A stretch of 31,970 nt of DNA from Breznakibacter sp. Lineage in GTDB: Bacteria > Bacteroidota > Bacteroidia > Bacteroidales > Marinilabiliaceae. Both the position numbers and the translations under genes were made by a program. The stretch is from the NCBI GenBank assembly GCA_043775765.1, contig JAYVSA010000429.1, positions 1 to 31,970 of the forward strand, given 5' to 3'. Of the stretch, positions 28,395-31,970 are shown in pieces. The notes beneath the pieces were generated by a model, which was given only the letters and a program-made list of their open reading frames with translations, searched no databases and was not told where the DNA came from. The number at the start of each line of letters is the position of its first letter. The first letter of the stretch is position 1.

Positions 28395-29441
28395 TTATGA
28401 ATTGATTTCGCCCCACCCTTGCGCCTTAAGCTCAACCTCTTGTCCCGATGCGGTAACAAGCGTATATTCGGAGGCATCTGCGGTAATATGGCCAATAACA
28501 TAAATAGGCAAACTGGTTTGCTTTGAGAACTTCTCGAAATCGGCCAAATTAATGGTAAAGAGCATTTCGTAATCGTCGCCACCATTAAGCGCGGCCACGG
28601 TTGGGTTGATGCCCATTTCTTCGGCAGCCAAAGAGGTAGTATGATCGATAGGTAATTTATCTTCAAAAATTTTGCATCCTACTTTGCTGGCAATACATAT
28701 TTGGCGAATATCACTTGCTATGCCATCGCTTACATCAATCATGGCGGTTGGCTTCACTTCTACCTCTTTAAGATATCCATTTAAACTCGATGGAATGGTT
28801 GGACGTAACTGTCTTTCGAGCAGATATTCTTTGCCAACAAAATCGGGTTCAGTGGCTTTGGTGGCTTGAAGAACGACTTTTTCTCTTTCGAGTATTTGAA
28901 GACCAAGGTAAGCTGCGCCTAAGTCGCCAGTTACACAAATCAGGTCATTGGGTTGCGCTCCATTTCGGTAAACCACGTCGGTGGCTTTTGCCGAACCAAT
29001 GGCAGTGATAGAAATGGTAAGACCAGTTAATGAAGTGGTTGTATCACCACCAACGATATCGATATGAAGTTCAGTACAAGCCAATTGAAAGCCTTGGTAA
29101 AGTTCTTCAATAAGTTCAAGTTTCATTTTAGAGCTTAAGCCCAAAGAGATGGTTACTTGTTTTGGCAAGCCATTCATGGCAAAAATATCGGCGGCAGCGG
29201 CTACTATGGTTTTGTAGCCTAAATGCTTTAAAGGAAAGTAAGTTAAATCGAAATGAATGCCTTCGAGGAACAAATCAGTTGACACGAGCATAAGGTTCTC
29301 GTTATCGGGTTGTATTACCGCTGCATCGTCGCCAACACCGTGGAGTGTGGAGGGTTGCTTGAGGATAATTGATTTTGTTAATCTTTCTATGAGCCCAAAC
29401 TCGCCCAATTGCGACAAGTTGGTTACTTTCTTTTCATCCAT
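28395..29441 (-). CDS. thiL: Thiamine-monophosphate kinase
   Basis: LGEFGLIE, GVGDDAAV, STDLFLEGIHF, GGDTT, VTGDLGAA, AMIDVSDG and NGGDDYEMLFT. Confidence 0.94.
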   Translation of the reverse strand: MDEKKVTNLSQLGEFGLIERLTKSIILKQPSTLHGVGDDAAVIQPDNENLMLVSTDLFLEGIHFDLTYFPLKHLGYKTIVAAAADIFAMNGLPKQVTISLGLSSKMKLELIEELYQGFQLACTELHIDIVGGDTTTSLTGLTISITAIGSAKATDVVYRNGAQPNDLICVTGDLGAAYLGLQILEREKVVLQATKATEPDFVGKEYLLERQLRPTIPSSLNGYLKEVEVKPTAMIDVSDGIASDIRQICIASKVGCKIFEDKLPIDHTTSLAAEEMGINPTVAALNGGDDYEMLFTINLADFEKFSKQTSLPIYVIGHITADASEYTLVTASGQEVELKAQGWGEINS

Positions 29442-29466
29442 GTTTAACTTCTAAATTTTAGAACCC

Positions 29467-29474
29467 CAAAAGTA
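29467..29474 (-). promoter_or_regulatory. Candidate -7 promoter box for thiL-ruvA-sprA
   Basis: TACTTTTG on the minus strand (TAnnTTTG), 25 nt upstream of the thiL ATG. Confidence 0.4.
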
Positions 29475-29578
29475 CTATTTTTGATTTTAACTATCGTTAA
29501 ATAAAAGAGTACTTTTTTATCTATTTTCAAGTGTTGCAGAGGCACTTTTTAAGGCTTGCTTAGAGCTTGAGGTTGGCT

Positions 29579-29776
29579 TGCGTGAAGGATTGCAGCGAAA
29601 AGCCCGCAAAGGCGTAATGTTCAGCATTTTAAACAACTAGCCTAGGACCTCTATTACACGAAATGCGCCTGCGGACTTGTAGCGAAAAGCCTGACAGAAA
29701 GCGCCCAGTAACAGTTGACTTAAACCCGAAGCTTCGAGACCCATAAGAGTATGGACTGGCGCTTTGTGGCACGCCC
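29579..29776 (-). ncRNA. Structured intergenic element resembling the Bacteroidota Flavo-1 RNA motif / dispersed repeat
   Basis: The minus strand begins GGGCGTGCC and ends AATCCTTCACGCA (GCGTG/CACGC closing stem). It has two copies of GGCTTTTCGCT(A/G)CAA and two long inserted stem-loops, and forms a GC-rich island in AT-rich flanks. The structure is read from the sequence; the family name is from recall and needs Rfam confirmation. Confidence 0.6.
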
Positions 29777-29790
29777 AAAAAACTATACAC

Positions 29791-30708
29791 TTACTGGATT
29801 TCATCTAAACGATACGGTGTTTGTTGGTACACGAAATAGTTGAGCCAATTAGAATAGAGCAGGTGCGCATGGCTGCGCCATCCAACGTGGGGCTCTTGCG
29901 TAGTGTCGTTGTTTGGGAAGTAGTTTTTAGGAATCTCGATAGGTAAACCTTTATTGAGATCTCGAAAGTACTCGTCGGCCAAGGTATTTGGATCGTATTC
30001 GGAATGTCCGGTAACGAAAACCATGCGCCTGTCGGCAGACATGACGATATAAACACCCGCTTCGGCCGATTGGCTCAGAAGTACAAGCTGTTTGTTGGAC
30101 TGGATATCGACGCTATCGACCTCCGTATGACGCGAATGTGGTGCCGTAAAGGTGTCGTCGAACCCACGAAGCAGTGGTTCGTTAGGATCGGTAACGGTGT
30201 GGGTAAATACGCCAAACATTTTTTCAGCAAGTGGTTGTTTTTTTATGCCGTAATGGTGGTAAAGAGCCGCTTGAGCACCCCAGCAAATGTGAAAAACGCT
30301 GGTTACGTTGTGTTTGCTCCAATCCATAATGGTTTCCATCTCGTTCCAGTAGTCGACTTTTTCAAAATCCATCAGTTCTACGGGTGCGCCAGTAATTATC
30401 ATCCCATCGTACTTGAGGTGCTTCACGTCTTTAAACGTTTTGTAAAAAGAGGTAAGATGCTCTTTGGGCGTATTGTGCGATTCGTAGGTACTCATCATGA
30501 GTAAATCGATCTCTATTTGCAAAGGCGTATTGGAAAGCATACGAAGGATGTGCGTCTCAGTAGAAATTTTGAGAGGCATGAGGTTGAGAAGCACTATTTT
30601 AAGCGGGCGAATATCTTGATGCGAGGCCTGTGATTCGGTCATTACAAAGATATTTTCACCTTCAAGAATTTGGCGAGCGGGAAGCGAATCGTCTATTTTT
30701 ATTGGCAT
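29791..30708 (-). CDS. metA: Homoserine O-acyltransferase MetA, predicted acetyl-CoA specific (MetAA)
   Basis: [28 protein letters not shown] (Cys), [13 protein letters not shown] (His/Glu) and [21 protein letters not shown] has Glu at the known specificity position (Gly in the succinyltransferases). Confidence 0.94.
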   Translation of the reverse strand: MPIKIDDSLPARQILEGENIFVMTESQASHQDIRPLKIVLLNLMPLKISTETHILRMLSNTPLQIEIDLLMMSTYESHNTPKEHLTSFYKTFKDVKHLKYDGMIITGAPVELMDFEKVDYWNEMETIMDWSKHNVTSVFHICWGAQAALYHHYGIKKQPLAEKMFGVFTHTVTDPNEPLLRGFDDTFTAPHSRHTEVDSVDIQSNKQLVLLSQSAEAGVYIVMSADRRMVFVTGHSEYDPNTLADEYFRDLNKGLPIEIPKNYFPNNDTTQEPHVGWRSHAHLLYSNWLNYFVYQQTPYRLDEIQ

Positions 30709-30721
30709 ATAAGATTGAATT

Positions 30722-30763
30722 AAAAAAAGCCAACAGACAGAAAGTTTGTCCGATTTGGCTTTT
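30722..30763 (-). terminator. Intrinsic terminator-like hairpin between tetR and metA
   Basis: AAAAGCCAA...GACA...TGTC...TTGGCTTTT inverted repeat with a U7 tract on the minus strand. Confidence 0.7.
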
Positions 30764-30788
30764 AGTATGTTTTGAATATTTGGTGCGA

Positions 30789-31394
30789 TTATCGTTTTAA
30801 GAGACCGTAAAAGAGAATGTTTAGCACATTTTCGAGTTTCGTATTAAAGTCGTCATAGTTCTCGACCCCTCTAAAAAGTGGGATTTCGAGACCTTTGAGT
30901 GATGTGCCAATGCCGTAAGCCGCCATTTCGGAGTTGTGCAAATAGAACTCTCCGTTCTGTAAGCCTTGGTCGATAATGGATTTTATAAGGGCTATTTCAC
31001 GTACTTCAGAGCTATGCATCATGGCTTGAAAGAACTCATAACCCTCAAACAATTGCTCTTTTAGGGCTTTGTGATAATTGTCGAGATGACGAATTGTATC
31101 CATTCGAACAAGCACATATTGGCGTAATTTTTCTTGCGCTGTATTTTCACTTTCAACCACTTCAATTAATTTGGTAAAGAGCACATTTTCTTCACCCTCG
31201 AGAACTGCCATAAAAATATCCTCTTTACACGTATAATAGTAGTAAAGTGAGCTCTTGCCACGTTTTAAGGTAGAAGCAATATCTTCCATTGTGGTTTTTT
31301 TATACCCATAACGTGAAAAAAGTTCACGAGCACGTTGAAGAATAGAGCTCCTCATTGCAGCGGAGATTCGAGATGTTTTTTTAGCGAGTTTCAT
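30789..31394 (-). CDS. TetR/AcrR family transcriptional regulator
   Basis: N-terminal [22 protein letters not shown]...[13 protein letters not shown]; C-terminal [11 protein letters not shown]. Confidence 0.92.
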   Translation of the reverse strand: MKLAKKTSRISAAMRSSILQRARELFSRYGYKKTTMEDIASTLKRGKSSLYYYYTCKEDIFMAVLEGEENVLFTKLIEVVESENTAQEKLRQYVLVRMDTIRHLDNYHKALKEQLFEGYEFFQAMMHSSEVREIALIKSIIDQGLQNGEFYLHNSEMAAYGIGTSLKGLEIPLFRGVENYDDFNTKLENVLNILFYGLLKR

Positions 31395-31413
31395 ATTTTT
31401 TAAATTATTGACA

Positions 31414-31421
31414 CAAATGTA
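31414..31421 (-). promoter_or_regulatory. Candidate -7 promoter box for tetR
   Basis: TACATTTG on the minus strand, 19 nt upstream of the ATG. Confidence 0.45.
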
Positions 31422-31462
31422 TGAATTTTGTACTAGTAAAATTCGACGCTGGTCAAAAAAAA

Positions 31463-31969
31463 TTATTTTTTAGGCGCTAAAGTGAAATCAAGCTGTTTCT
31501 TCTCTAAATTAGCCTTTGCAATCTTAATTCTTACCGCATCGCCAAGCTGGTATTTAAGATTTTTATGGCGACCAACGATGCAGTAGTTTTCTTCGTCGAA
31601 AAAATAATAATCATCATCTAAGTCACGCATTGGAACCATCCCTTCACACTTGTTCTCCACAATCTCGGCGTAAAAACCCCATTCGGTAACACCCGATATA
31701 ACGGCATCGAACTCCTCTCCCACTCTATCGGCCATAAACTGAACTTGTTTATACTTAATACTCGCACGTTCGGCATCGGAGGCACGTTGCTCCATTTCGG
31801 AACTATGTTTACATTTAATCTCATACTCCTCTTCATTGGCACTTTTACCCCCATCAAGATATTGCGTCAAAAGGCGGTGAACCATCATGTCGGGATAACG
31901 ACGGATTGGCGATGTAAAGTGGCTATAAAAAGGAAATGCTAGACCGTAATGACCAATATTTTTAGTGGT
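31463..31969 (-). CDS. rnr: Ribonuclease R, C-terminal part (partial, runs off the right edge)
   Basis: The frame stays open upstream of the track's Met: [34 protein letters not shown] (RNB signature), followed by an S1 domain ([17 protein letters not shown]...LGDAVRIK). Confidence 0.95.
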   Translation of the reverse strand, partial: TTKNIGHYGLAFPFYSHFTSPIRRYPDMMVHRLLTQYLDGGKSANEEEYEIKCKHSSEMEQRASDAERASIKYKQVQFMADRVGEEFDAVISGVTEWGFYAEIVENKCEGMVPMRDLDDDYYFFDEENYCIVGRHKNLKYQLGDAVRIKIAKANLEKKQLDFTLAPKK

Positions 31970-31970
31970 A

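Noticed and set aside
28385-29454. Several 65-93 aa alternative-frame ORFs in thiL
   Set aside because: They lie almost entirely within a conserved gene, with no motifs or independent expression signals.
29590-29692. Mini CRISPR array from the two 16-nt repeats
   Set aside because: Only two short imperfect copies, the spacer is itself a stem-loop, and there are no cas genes.
29442-29790. TPP riboswitch upstream of thiL
   Set aside because: No CTGAGA or GAACCTGA-like TPP core on the minus strand. The structured element here has a different architecture.
30004-30504. 166-aa antisense ORF inside metA, and the 83-aa ORF at 29805-30056
   Set aside because: No recognisable motifs. Expected shadow ORFs of a relatively GC-rich gene.
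30709-30788. SAM-II or SAM-I riboswitch before metA
   Set aside because: The conserved core sequences are not present on the coding strand, and the interval is mostly occupied by the terminator hairpin.

Overview
AT-rich chromosomal segment from a Bacteroidota organism, probably Bacteroidales/Marinilabiliales-like. The evidence is sprA, a GT3 glycogen synthase, TAnnTTTG promoter boxes and the near absence of SD motifs. Gene order: kdsB (3' end) and glgB on the + strand. On the - strand there is a glycogen operon (GH133-type debranching enzyme, GT4, GH57, then a 1410-aa GT3 synthase-GT35 phosphorylase fusion) and a GSCFA protein. yjbQ lies on the + strand. It converges with a - strand sufB-C-D-S-E-T-queG operon, which is preceded by a long - strand run: rnr (partial), tetR, metA, a ~200-nt structured repeat-like element, thiL, ruvA, sprA, gcvH. 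I found no transposase, CRISPR array, tRNA, rRNA or broken reading frame. The window is mostly housekeeping. The items most worth a second look are the pseudo-symmetric structured element between metA and thiL (Flavo-1-like), the synthase-phosphorylase fusion in a glgC-less glycogen locus, the CxxCxxC tail of SufD, and candidate operators upstream of the suf and glycogen operons. I cannot claim a wholly new system from sequence alone.
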